The notes under the pieces were generated by a model, which saw nothing but the letters and a program-made list of their open reading frames with translations, did no database searches and was not told where the DNA came from. From an uncultured Bacteroidia bacterium (GTDB taxonomy: Bacteria; Bacteroidota; Bacteroidia; Bacteroidales; UBA932): a stretch of 28,749 bases of DNA. Below are positions 7,604-16,152 of this stretch, piece after piece. How positions within the stretch are numbered: position 1 is the stretch's first letter; every line of letters starts with the position of its first letter. A program made the position numbers and the translations under genes. The stretch covers positions 1 through 28,749 of the forward strand of contig CADBUS010000078.1 in assembly GCA_902797895.1 (NCBI GenBank), given 5' to 3'.

Positions 7604-8923
7604 ATGCTAAATAAACCTATAGAAAAGAGCGTATTGGATGGCATCCTAAAAGAAATGGATATATCCGATATATCAAATGCCACTATAAGACAGTGTGTTG
7701 CAATAGCCAACAAGTTGGAGGCACTTTGCGGAGAGGAGTTTATACATCTTGAGATAGGCGTGCCCGGAATACCGGCCTGCCCTGTAGGAGTTGAGGCTCA
7801 AAAGAGAGCTTTGGACAACAACATAGCGCACGAGTATCCGCCTGTTGGTGGTATTCCTGTGCTTAAAAAGAGTGCCTCAAAGTTCTTGAAGGCATACGCC
7901 GATATTGATATAGATGCCGAGTGCATAGTACCTACAGTAGGCTCAATGCAGGGGAGTTTTAACCTTATATTGGAGTGCTCACAGTTAGATCCTAAAAAAG
8001 ACACCATACTCTTTATAAACCCTGGTTTTCCGCCAAATATGGGGCAGGCCAAAGTATTGGGTATCAGGTCTGAATCCTTTGATATATACAACTATAGGGC
8101 AGATAAGCTCAGGCCAAAGTTGGAGGAGTATCTCTCTACCGGCAGAATTGCCGCAATACTCTACTCCAACCCTAACAACCCTGCTTGGATATGCCTGAAC
8201 GAGGATGAGCTTAAAACTATCGGCGAGTTGGCTACCAAGTACGATACCATAGTACTTGAGGATTTGGCCTACTTCTGTATGGATTTCAGAACAGATCTCT
8301 CCAAGCGCGGAGAGGCTCCGTTCCAACCTACAGTTGCCAGATATACAGACAACTACATAATAATGCTCTCCGCCTCAAAAATATTCAGCTACGCAGGAGA
8401 GAGAATTGCTGTGGTAGCCTTCTCCAACAAGCTCTTCAGAAGGGAGTATCCTGAACTGCGCAGAAGGTATAAGATTGGCAGAATGGGAGATAACTATATA
8501 CTTACCTACCTCTATGTAGCCTCGTCAGGTGTTTCACACTCAGCGCAGTATGCCTACGCCGCTCTTTTAGAGGGTGCTGCAGAGGGCAAGATAGATTTTA
8601 TCTCAGAGATGGTCAAGTATGGCAAGAGAGCCCACAAATCAAAGGAGATTTTTGAGAAAAACGGTTTCCACATTGTATATGACAAAGATTTGGACAAAAA
8701 GGTTGGAGACGGATTTTTCTACACAATAGGCTACAAAAACTTCTCCTGTTCCGAGCTTATTACCGGCCTGCTCAGATGTGGAATTACCGCAATAACACTC
8801 AACACTACAGGCAGTCTGCAAAACGGAATAAGAGCGTGTGTATCAAGGCTTTCTACAGATGAGCAGTTTGAGGCTTTAGATAAGAGGCTTGCAATGTTTG
8901 CAGCTCTGTATGAGAATGCTTAA
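7604..8923 (+). CDS. PLP-dependent aminotransferase, class I/II
   Basis: NPNNP, EDLAY, SASKIFSYAGER (PLP Lys), C-terminal GIRAC. Confidence 0.9.
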   Translation: MLNKPIEKSVLDGILKEMDISDISNATIRQCVAIANKLEALCGEEFIHLEIGVPGIPACPVGVEAQKRALDNNIAHEYPPVGGIPVLKKSASKFLKAYADIDIDAECIVPTVGSMQGSFNLILECSQLDPKKDTILFINPGFPPNMGQAKVLGIRSESFDIYNYRADKLRPKLEEYLSTGRIAAILYSNPNNPAWICLNEDELKTIGELATKYDTIVLEDLAYFCMDFRTDLSKRGEAPFQPTVARYTDNYIIMLSASKIFSYAGERIAVVAFSNKLFRREYPELRRRYKIGRMGDNYILTYLYVASSGVSHSAQYAYAALLEGAAEGKIDFISEMVKYGKRAHKSKEIFEKNGFHIVYDKDLDKKVGDGFFYTIGYKNFSCSELITGLLRCGITAITLNTTGSLQNGIRACVSRLSTDEQFEALDKRLAMFAALYENA

Positions 8924-8971
8924 AAAAGAGTAAGGAGCGTTTTATTGAACATTATCAAATAGATTATTTTT

Positions 8972-10273
8972 ATGGAGCAGATAAAATATGTAACGCCCCA
9001 AGAGGCTGTAATGTGCGTAAAATCCGGAGACGGAGTCTATTTCCAAGGTAGTACCTCCGTACCTGAGGTTTTGCAACAGGCGCTCGCAGAGAGAGGGCCT
9101 CAGCTGCGCAATGTAAAGGTTTACAGCGCATTCTGCATACCAAGAGGAGAAGCCCCTTTCTGCAAAGAGGAGTATAAAGATTCCTTTATTGTGCGGAGCC
9201 TCTTTTTGTGTGCAGACCAAAGAGAATGGGTTGCCAAAGGATACGGAAGTATGATTCCTGCCTTTTTGGGAGAGATTCCCTTTCTGTTCAGAAGCGGGCA
9301 GCTACCTGTAAATGTGGCCTTTATCAACTGTTCCCTGCCTGATGAGGAGGGATATTGCAGCTACGGCATATCTGCAGACTTGGCGGTTTCTGCCGTTGAG
9401 AGCGCACAATATGTTGTAGCTCAAATAAATAAAAGTATGCCATACCTCTACGGAGGAGCAAGAATACATATCTCCAAGATAGATGCAGCTGTTGAGTGCG
9501 ATATTCCGCCTGTGGCTTTGGAGTTTGGGGAGCCTACCCCTACCGAAACCGCCATCGGTAATTTTATTGCAAATGAGATTCCGGACGGGGCTACGCTCCA
9601 GATTGGAGTTGGAGGTATTCCAAACGCTGTACTCAATGCCATTAAGCATCACAAACATCTTGGATTGCATACAGAGGCAATGACAGACGGAGTGGTAAGG
9701 CTTATGGAGGAGGGAGTTATAGACAACAGCCAAAAGAAGTTCAAACCAGGGGTTAGCGTAGGCTCCCTCGCATTGGGCTCAAAGCGTATGTATGAGTTTT
9801 TGCACTACAACAAAGATGTTGAGTTCCACGATGTTGCCTTAACTAACGATCCTCAGATAATAAGGCAGAATCCAAAGGTTATGGCAATAAACTCGGCACT
9901 TGAGATAGATCTTACCGGCCAAATATGTGCAGATAGTATTGGAGAAAAAATCTTCTCCAGTGTTGGCGGCCAGCACGATTTTATGTATGGCGGCGCACTA
10001 TCGGAGGGTGGAAAAACCTTTATCGCTCTGCCGGCTGCAACCAACAAGGGAAAGAGCAAGATAGTTCCAACCCTAACTCCGGGAGCAGGTGTTGTAACAA
10101 CCAGATTCCAAGCTCAATATATTGCAACAGAGTATGGTATAGCCTATCTGCGAAACAAGGATTTGGCAGAACGTGCCAAGGCTCTGATTGCCATTGCAGC
10201 ACCGGAGCATCGTGAGGCTTTGGAGAAGGCTGCCTTTGAACGCTTCGGCTACTCGTTCAAGAGGTTATTCTAA
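8972..10273 (+). CDS. Family I acyl-CoA transferase / acetyl-CoA hydrolase (Cat2/AbfT-like)
   Basis: LQIGVGGIPNAV, GLHTE (catalytic Glu), INSALEIDLTGQ, GGQHDF, IATEYGIA. Confidence 0.92.
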   Translation: MEQIKYVTPQEAVMCVKSGDGVYFQGSTSVPEVLQQALAERGPQLRNVKVYSAFCIPRGEAPFCKEEYKDSFIVRSLFLCADQREWVAKGYGSMIPAFLGEIPFLFRSGQLPVNVAFINCSLPDEEGYCSYGISADLAVSAVESAQYVVAQINKSMPYLYGGARIHISKIDAAVECDIPPVALEFGEPTPTETAIGNFIANEIPDGATLQIGVGGIPNAVLNAIKHHKHLGLHTEAMTDGVVRLMEEGVIDNSQKKFKPGVSVGSLALGSKRMYEFLHYNKDVEFHDVALTNDPQIIRQNPKVMAINSALEIDLTGQICADSIGEKIFSSVGGQHDFMYGGALSEGGKTFIALPAATNKGKSKIVPTLTPGAGVVTTRFQAQYIATEYGIAYLRNKDLAERAKALIAIAAPEHREALEKAAFERFGYSFKRLF

Positions 10274-11610
10274 GAATGTGCAGGGCTTAAAAGGTCCTGC
10301 ACACTTTTTACAGGGTTGAATGTAGAGAGTGGCACCTCAACAAATTGGGTATTCCAACGGCTCATAGAGCCATTCCACAAACCAGGTAACTCCTTGTAAT
10401 ATGCAGTTTTACCCTCAAAGCTCTTTTCCACATTCAGAGCGGCGGAAAAGTCTGCAAACTTTTTCAGATTGAATTTCTCTCCTGCAAAGTTCTTGATGCA
10501 ACAGACTATATCCACAGGGTTAAAGTGGGTAGATTGTTTCATCAGGTTCTTATCCTCAATTTGCACGCTCTCGAGTATTTGCAAACTTGTAGAGCCATCG
10601 GCCTCGTTGCAGATAAATGGCCCTCCACCCGGCTGCCCCTCATTCTTAACCATTCCGCAAACCCTTATAGGGCGATTGAGCTTTTCTATAACTCTGTCTG
10701 ATAGGTCAAAAATATCGCCCTCTTTTTTCATAACCACAGAGAACTCTCTGCTCAAAAATTTAAGTGCAGCATCTATCTCATTTTTAAGCCTATCCATAGC
10801 TTCAGAGAATGCGCTGCTCCTCTTTGGGCCATTAGCGGTAACGGCATCTTGCACCGCCTCGCAAATATTCAAGATATGCAGATAGCACTCTCCCTGCAGC
10901 TCTACGGCTCTGCCGAGCAACACTCTCTTCCAATGAACAGTATCCTCCAACAGGCTCTCCTTAACCACATTATCTATATTCTTAATAAAGATGAAATCTG
11001 CATCTATGCTCCCCAAGTTCTTTAGCAGAGCGCCGTGCCCGCCAGGTCTTTTAAGCAAAGAGCCATCTGCAAGGAGGAAAGGCTTGCCCTCTTTGGTATA
11101 TGCCTGAACATCGGTAGAGGCAGATTGTACGGAGAATGAGATATTGAACTTGCAGCCCAAGTCTCTCTCAAGCTGTGGCACCACCCTATTGCAGAGCCTC
11201 TTAAATGCGGCTCTATGCTCTTTGGATATTGTAAAGTGCAAATTAACAACATCATCGCTCCCTTTGGCATATAAGGCCCCCTCTACAAGATGCTCCTCAA
11301 AAGGTGTACGCACTCCGTATTCATACTTATGGAATGGTATAATCCCCTTAGGCATTGAGTAGTAACGCTCTATATGCTCCACATCTATAGCCAAACGGTT
11401 ACTGCCGCTCTTTAGCTCCTTTATCACCTGCTTGTTGTTCTCAAACAGTGGCTTGAACATTCTGGTTGCAGCACCGCTGCTCGGCACAAACTTGCACAAC
11501 GAGCCATTAAAAGAGTCTGCACTTTGCAACGCTCTCTTTATCTGCACCTTAGATAACTTCTTAATACCGCCGTTCTCCACAGAAGCGGCCTGACTAATAC
11601 TTAAACTCAT
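10270..11610 (-). CDS. DUF4301 family protein (UDP-sugar pyrophosphorylase-like)
   Basis: PSSGAATRMFK, RPGGHGALLKNL, IKNIDNV, GQPGGGPF, HFNPVDIVC, ELPGLWNG, FVEVPLSTFNPVK. Confidence 0.88.
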   Translation of the reverse strand: MSLSISQAASVENGGIKKLSKVQIKRALQSADSFNGSLCKFVPSSGAATRMFKPLFENNKQVIKELKSGSNRLAIDVEHIERYYSMPKGIIPFHKYEYGVRTPFEEHLVEGALYAKGSDDVVNLHFTISKEHRAAFKRLCNRVVPQLERDLGCKFNISFSVQSASTDVQAYTKEGKPFLLADGSLLKRPGGHGALLKNLGSIDADFIFIKNIDNVVKESLLEDTVHWKRVLLGRAVELQGECYLHILNICEAVQDAVTANGPKRSSAFSEAMDRLKNEIDAALKFLSREFSVVMKKEGDIFDLSDRVIEKLNRPIRVCGMVKNEGQPGGGPFICNEADGSTSLQILESVQIEDKNLMKQSTHFNPVDIVCCIKNFAGEKFNLKKFADFSAALNVEKSFEGKTAYYKELPGLWNGSMSRWNTQFVEVPLSTFNPVKSVQDLLSPAHS

Positions 11611-12661
11611 TCCTTAAAGTGTATTGGGTTCTTATTGTTTCAAAATCTTGTGGTGTGGCCCGTAGCTGCTTATCAAGCTCCATAATGGGGAAGAAGGAGA
11701 GCAGTTGAGAAGATATATCCCCCTCTATATTAAGCAGATGGCGGCAATCTGCAGCGCTCGCCTTAAAAGAGACCAACTGCTCTATGCCAAGATAGGATGC
11801 CACTGCTCTTACTACGGCCGTTGTTCCATTCTCCTTTCCCTCAACAGAATAGCCGGCAATGTGAGGGGTGGCAAGAGAGGCTCTTTCAAGCAGTGCCAAG
11901 TTTATATGAGGCTCCCCTCTCCATACATCTATTATAACATCAGATACTCCTTTGGCAGCAAGTAGGGCTGTCTCATCCACCACCTCTCCTCGCGATGTGT
12001 TTATAAAAATTGCCCCACTCTTCATTTTTGCAAAAAACGAGGCATCTGCCATATTTGCAGTACTCTCATTCAAAGGAATATGCAGCGTTACTATATCAGA
12101 ACAAGAGAGTGTCTGCTCTAAAGAGTAGTATGGCAGCCGCTCCCCCTTAAAACCATCGGCCAACTGCTCCAACTCCTTGGGAGGATCGTTTCTCATAACC
12201 TTGAATCCCAATGTAGTAGCAAGGCGTGCAACCTTTTCACCCACATTGCCGGCCCCTATCACACCTATAACCTTCTCGCCCCTTGCACCCCTATCGGCAG
12301 GAATCTTAGAAAGCGCTGCCAATGAGGTATATACATACTGCATCACTGCCGCAGAGTTACAACCCTGTGCAGAGGCCACCTTAATCCCCCTACTCTTGCA
12401 ATACTCCAAATCTATATGGTCTGTACCTATGGTTGCAGTTGCAATCATCTTTACATTCACTCCACTCAAAGTTGCGGCATTGCACTTGGTTCTGGTCCTT
12501 ATTATAAGTATATGCTCCTGCGTAGCCTCTCTATCACTCAAAGAATCAAGATATTGCGCAATATCTGAACCTTGCAGATAGAGCACATCTGCACACTTTT
12601 CAAACACCCCTTTTATAAAGGGTATATCAGCATCTATTACTATCTTCACAGCCATACTCAT
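11594..12661 (-). CDS. pdxB: 4-phosphoerythronate dehydrogenase (start may be 12655)
   Basis: DADIPF, IRTRTKCN, TATIGTDHID, GCNSAAVMQY, GVIGAGNVG, INTSRGEVVD, TPHIAGYS. Confidence 0.92.
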   Translation of the reverse strand: MSMAVKIVIDADIPFIKGVFEKCADVLYLQGSDIAQYLDSLSDREATQEHILIIRTRTKCNAATLSGVNVKMIATATIGTDHIDLEYCKSRGIKVASAQGCNSAAVMQYVYTSLAALSKIPADRGARGEKVIGVIGAGNVGEKVARLATTLGFKVMRNDPPKELEQLADGFKGERLPYYSLEQTLSCSDIVTLHIPLNESTANMADASFFAKMKSGAIFINTSRGEVVDETALLAAKGVSDVIIDVWRGEPHINLALLERASLATPHIAGYSVEGKENGTTAVVRAVASYLGIEQLVSFKASAADCRHLLNIEGDISSQLLSFFPIMELDKQLRATPQDFETIRTQYTLRNEFKY

Positions 12662-12668
12662 AGCGCAG

Positions 12669-12959
12669 TTACCTTAAAATTACAGCCTTAACAAAACTCC
12701 CCCCAAGTTGCTGATTTAGTTTATATACTATAGAGGGAAGCCTGCTGTGCAAAACCGTCCTTAACAGAGAAGAACCTATCGTACAATAGAGTACGCCATT
12801 GTTATAGTATTTGTTAAGAGTGGCCTCCACCACATTCTTCTCCATTACAACATCCCAGGCACGCATAACCCTTGCACTCAGCAAGCCGTTACTTACATTT
12901 ATCTCCGATTTATACTGCTTTAGCAGCTCGCCTAAAACAATAGGTTTATTGCGCTTCAT
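12669..12959 (-). CDS. dciA: DUF721/DciA family protein
   Basis: 96 aa, AWDVVM...GVLYCTIGSSLLRTVL...VILR; directly after recF, its usual neighbour. Confidence 0.85.
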   Translation of the reverse strand: MKRNKPIVLGELLKQYKSEINVSNGLLSARVMRAWDVVMEKNVVEATLNKYYNNGVLYCTIGSSLLRTVLHSRLPSIVYKLNQQLGGSFVKAVILR

Positions 12960-12960
12960 A

Positions 12961-14082
12961 CTACTGTACCTCCCTAATTACCCCTTTCTCTACCTCAAAA
13001 ACTTTGCACTCCCCTCCTATTTTATCTATCAAGTTCTTCATTCTCACCTTGTTGGAATCTGTAATAAAAATCTGCCCGAATGAGTTTCCGCTCACAAGCT
13101 GCAACAGATACTCCACCCTGCCCATATCAAGTTTATCAAAAATATCATCAAGCAGCAATATAGGAGCGACATCGCCGTTAAGGCTCTTCATTATAGAGAA
13201 TTGTGCAAGTTTAAGCGCTATAAGAAAGCACTTCTGCTGCCCCTGGCTGGCACATCTTCTAACAGGATAAAACTCCTCATTTCCAATCTCAAAGAGTATA
13301 TCATCTCTATGCACACCGCAGGTGGTATGTTTTAACATCTTATCTCTCTCGCGACTGTTTTGCAGAAGCTGCGCAAGTTCCCCTTTATAAAGGTCTGAGC
13401 TATAAGTAATTCTCACATTTTCGCTACCTCCGCTCAACTGCCTGTAATATTCAGAAATGGTCTGATTCAAGCTGTTGCAGAGCCTTTGGCGGGCATCAAA
13501 AATGTAGCTTGCACTCTCACTAAGTCCGCTATCCAAGGCAGATAGCAACTCCTCGTTGGGTTCCATATCTTTAAGGAGCTTGTTACGCTGGGCCAAAATT
13601 TTGTTGTAGCGCAATACCTGATGGAGATACTCCTTATCTACCTGAGAGAGAAGGGCATTTATAAACCTGCGCCTCTCCTGGGCAGGCTGGTTTATCAGCA
13701 CCGTATCAGATGGGGAGACCATAACTATCGGGAAGAGGCCAATATGGTCTGCCAACCTCTTATAGATTTTGCCATTGCGCTTTATCACTTTGTTCTCCGC
13801 CCCCTCTTTCTGGTCATAAAGCCCTATAGATATGCGGTTTATTGTGCCGTCCTCCATAGTGTAACAGCCAAGCAGGGCTGTGGCGGTGCAACCGTGAGAG
13901 ATTGAGAAAGAGTCTGGAAAGTGGAAATAGCTCTTGGTCATACAGAGATAATATACCGCATCTAACAGATTTGTTTTTCCCTCTCCGTTATTGCCGGAAA
14001 TACAGTTGATCTTGTGGGAAAAATCCAAATCAGAATGGGCTATATTCTTGAAATCGGTAACTGTAATCTTGCTTAAAAACAT
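12961..14082 (-). CDS. recF: DNA replication and repair protein RecF (likely start ATG 14082)
   Basis: MFLSKITVTDFKN, Walker A GNNGEGKTN, SQGQQK, Walker B LLLDDIFDKLD. Confidence 0.96.
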   Translation of the reverse strand: MFLSKITVTDFKNIAHSDLDFSHKINCISGNNGEGKTNLLDAVYYLCMTKSYFHFPDSFSISHGCTATALLGCYTMEDGTINRISIGLYDQKEGAENKVIKRNGKIYKRLADHIGLFPIVMVSPSDTVLINQPAQERRRFINALLSQVDKEYLHQVLRYNKILAQRNKLLKDMEPNEELLSALDSGLSESASYIFDARQRLCNSLNQTISEYYRQLSGGSENVRITYSSDLYKGELAQLLQNSRERDKMLKHTTCGVHRDDILFEIGNEEFYPVRRCASQGQQKCFLIALKLAQFSIMKSLNGDVAPILLLDDIFDKLDMGRVEYLLQLVSGNSFGQIFITDSNKVRMKNLIDKIGGECKVFEVEKGVIREVQ

Positions 14083-14087
14083 ATTTG

Positions 14088-14095
14088 CAAAATTA
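14088..14095 (-). promoter_or_regulatory. -7 promoter element (TAATTTTG) for the recF unit
   Basis: Exact TAnnTTTG 5 nt upstream of the recF ATG. Confidence 0.65.
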
Positions 14096-14139
14096 GAATT
14101 TTTATCTGAAATTTGCACCTTGCAAAAAATAAAAGTAAA

Positions 14140-14823
14140 ATGGCAAAAATTGATAAGAGAAGTGCAGAACGCGAGGCTAATATAGCCGAGGCAATTTCTA
14201 AGACAGAAGATTTTTTTGAGGCTAACAAAAAGAGAATCCTCTACGGCTTTTTAGCTCTTGCAGCCCTTGTGGCCATAATTTTGGGATGGTACTATCTGAT
14301 TAAGGTGCCTAATAAGAAAGAGGCTATTAATCAACTCTTTACAGCAGAGAGGTACTTTAGGACAGACTCCTTTAACATTGCCCTCAATGGAGATGGCAAC
14401 ACTCTGGGCTTCAAGCAGATTATAGACAAATATGGTAGCAACACTCCTGAGTCTGCATATTTTAATGCAGGTGTATGTGAGCTAAGGCTCGGCAACAACG
14501 AGCAGGCCATAAAATATCTGAACAAATACAGCAGCAAGGATAATATAATGGCGGCAAGAGCAAAGGCTCTTATTGGCGATGCTCTTGTAAACAAGGGAGA
14601 TATCAAGCAGGCCGTACCATACTTTGAGGAGGCGGCCAAAAAGAGCAACAATGTTCTGAGCGCAGGCTATCTCTTTAAGGCTGCCCTCTGCTATGAGGAG
14701 CTTGAGCAGCCAAAACAGGCTCTTGATATCTATAACAAGGTAAAAGACCTCTATCCGGATGCTCCTGAAGCAAGTGAGATAGACAAATATATTGCCCGTA
14801 TAGAGGCACAGATGGCTAACTAA
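14140..14823 (+). CDS. Membrane-anchored tetratricopeptide repeat protein (YfgM-like; likely start 14140)
   Basis: One N-terminal TM helix then TPR units (AYFNAGVCELRLG, ALIGDALVNKG, YLFKAALCYEELE); divergent from recF. Confidence 0.85.
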   Translation: MAKIDKRSAEREANIAEAISKTEDFFEANKKRILYGFLALAALVAIILGWYYLIKVPNKKEAINQLFTAERYFRTDSFNIALNGDGNTLGFKQIIDKYGSNTPESAYFNAGVCELRLGNNEQAIKYLNKYSSKDNIMAARAKALIGDALVNKGDIKQAVPYFEEAAKKSNNVLSAGYLFKAALCYEELEQPKQALDIYNKVKDLYPDAPEASEIDKYIARIEAQMAN

Positions 14824-14839
14824 AAATCTACAGGCTATT

Positions 14840-15580
14840 ATGGGAAGAGCGTTTGAGTTCAGAAAGGAGAGAAAGTTCAAAAGATGGGGCAATATGGCCA
14901 AAGTCTTTACCCGTTTGGGCAAAGAGATTACCATTGCGGCCAAAAACGGCGGGCCGGACCCCGGCTACAACCCTACTTTGAGAACTCTCATTCAGACAGC
15001 CAAGAACGAGAATATGCCCAAAGAGAATATAGACAGGGCTATCAAAAGAGCTGTAGAGAAAGACCAGAGTGATTTTCAAGAGATTGTATATGAGGGCTAT
15101 GGCCCTGGCGGAATTGCCTATCTTATAGAGACCGCTACCGATAACCATACCCGCACCGTTGCAAACATAAGAAGCTATTTTACAAAGTATGGAGGCACGC
15201 TCGGAACAAGCGGCAGCGTAGAGTTTATGTTTGACCATAAATGTGTCTTCAAGATTAAGTCTGAGAAGGGAGAAATTGATACAGATGAGCTTGAACTTGA
15301 GCTTATTGACTATGGTGCAGATGAGGTATTTAAGGAGGAGGACGAGCAGGGCAACTCTACCGTAATGATTTATGGGGCTTACAAATCCTTTGGGGATATT
15401 CAAAAGTACATAGAGGAGAAAGGTTACACCATTTTAAGCGGTGGATTTGAGAGGATTCCTACCGTAGATCTCAAGACACTGCCACAAGAGCAAAGAGTTG
15501 AGAATGAAAAGCTTATAGATAAGATTGAAAATGACGATGATGTACAGAATGTATATCACACTCTAAATTTGAGCCAATAG
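14840..15580 (+). CDS. yebC: YebC/PmpR family protein
   Basis: MGRAFEFRK, MPKENIDRAIK, YEGYGPGG, ATDNHTRT, DDDVQNVYH. Confidence 0.96.
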   Translation: MGRAFEFRKERKFKRWGNMAKVFTRLGKEITIAAKNGGPDPGYNPTLRTLIQTAKNENMPKENIDRAIKRAVEKDQSDFQEIVYEGYGPGGIAYLIETATDNHTRTVANIRSYFTKYGGTLGTSGSVEFMFDHKCVFKIKSEKGEIDTDELELELIDYGADEVFKEEDEQGNSTVMIYGAYKSFGDIQKYIEEKGYTILSGGFERIPTVDLKTLPQEQRVENEKLIDKIENDDDVQNVYHTLNLSQ

Positions 15581-15605
15581 GCTATATCTTTTGAGATTGG
15601 AATTG

Positions 15606-15638
15606 AACGGGGTGGCTTTTAGCTGCTCCGTTTTTTTT
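15606..15638 (+). terminator. Intrinsic terminator after yebC
   Basis: AACGGGGTGGC-TTTTA-GCTGCTCCGTT hairpin with G-U pairs, running into an 8-T tract. Confidence 0.85.
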
Positions 15639-15672
15639 GCTCTTTCTTATTCTTTTTAACCCCTTTTTTTAC

Positions 15673-15680
15673 TACCTTTG
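15673..15680 (+). promoter_or_regulatory. -7 promoter element (TACCTTTG) heading the mce-mmd-V-ATPase run
   Basis: Exact TAnnTTTG just after the yebC terminator and 42 nt before the mce ATG. Confidence 0.7.
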
Positions 15681-15722
15681 CCAAATTAGGAAAAAATAAT
15701 AACAATTTAAATATCACAAACT

Positions 15723-16136
15723 ATGCAGTTAACTCATATTGAGCATCTTGGTATAGCAGTTAAATCCCTTGAGGAGTCTATACCATATTATGAGAAGATG
15801 TTGGGCCTTAAATGCTACTCCATTGAGGAGGTGAAAGATCAGAAAGTTAAAACAGCCTTCTTTAAGATAGGGCAGACCAAGATTGAGCTTCTTGAAAGCA
15901 CAGATCCTGAGGGCACAATAGCCAAATTTATAGAGAAGAGAGGAGAGGGAATACATCACATTGCCTTTGCAACCCCTTCTGTAACAGAGTGTTTAGATGA
16001 GTTAAGCCAAAAGGGCGTTCAGCTTATAGATAAGGCTCCGCGCAAGGGAGCAGAGGGGCTTAATATCGCCTTTTTACACCCAAAATCAACCCACGGTGTT
16101 CTTACCGAGGTTTGCGAGAATCCTAATGAAAAATAG
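15723..16136 (+). CDS. mce: Methylmalonyl-CoA epimerase
   Basis: HIEHLGIAV, KIELLE, GEGIHHIAF, FLHPKSTHGVLTE (VOC metal ligands). Confidence 0.96.
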   Translation: MQLTHIEHLGIAVKSLEESIPYYEKMLGLKCYSIEEVKDQKVKTAFFKIGQTKIELLESTDPEGTIAKFIEKRGEGIHHIAFATPSVTECLDELSQKGVQLIDKAPRKGAEGLNIAFLHPKSTHGVLTEVCENPNEK

Positions 16137-16152
16137 TTAAAGTAAGAATATT

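Noticed and set aside
14828-15403. 191-aa minus-strand ORF opposite yebC
   Set aside because: No recognisable motifs; fully antisense to a conserved gene.
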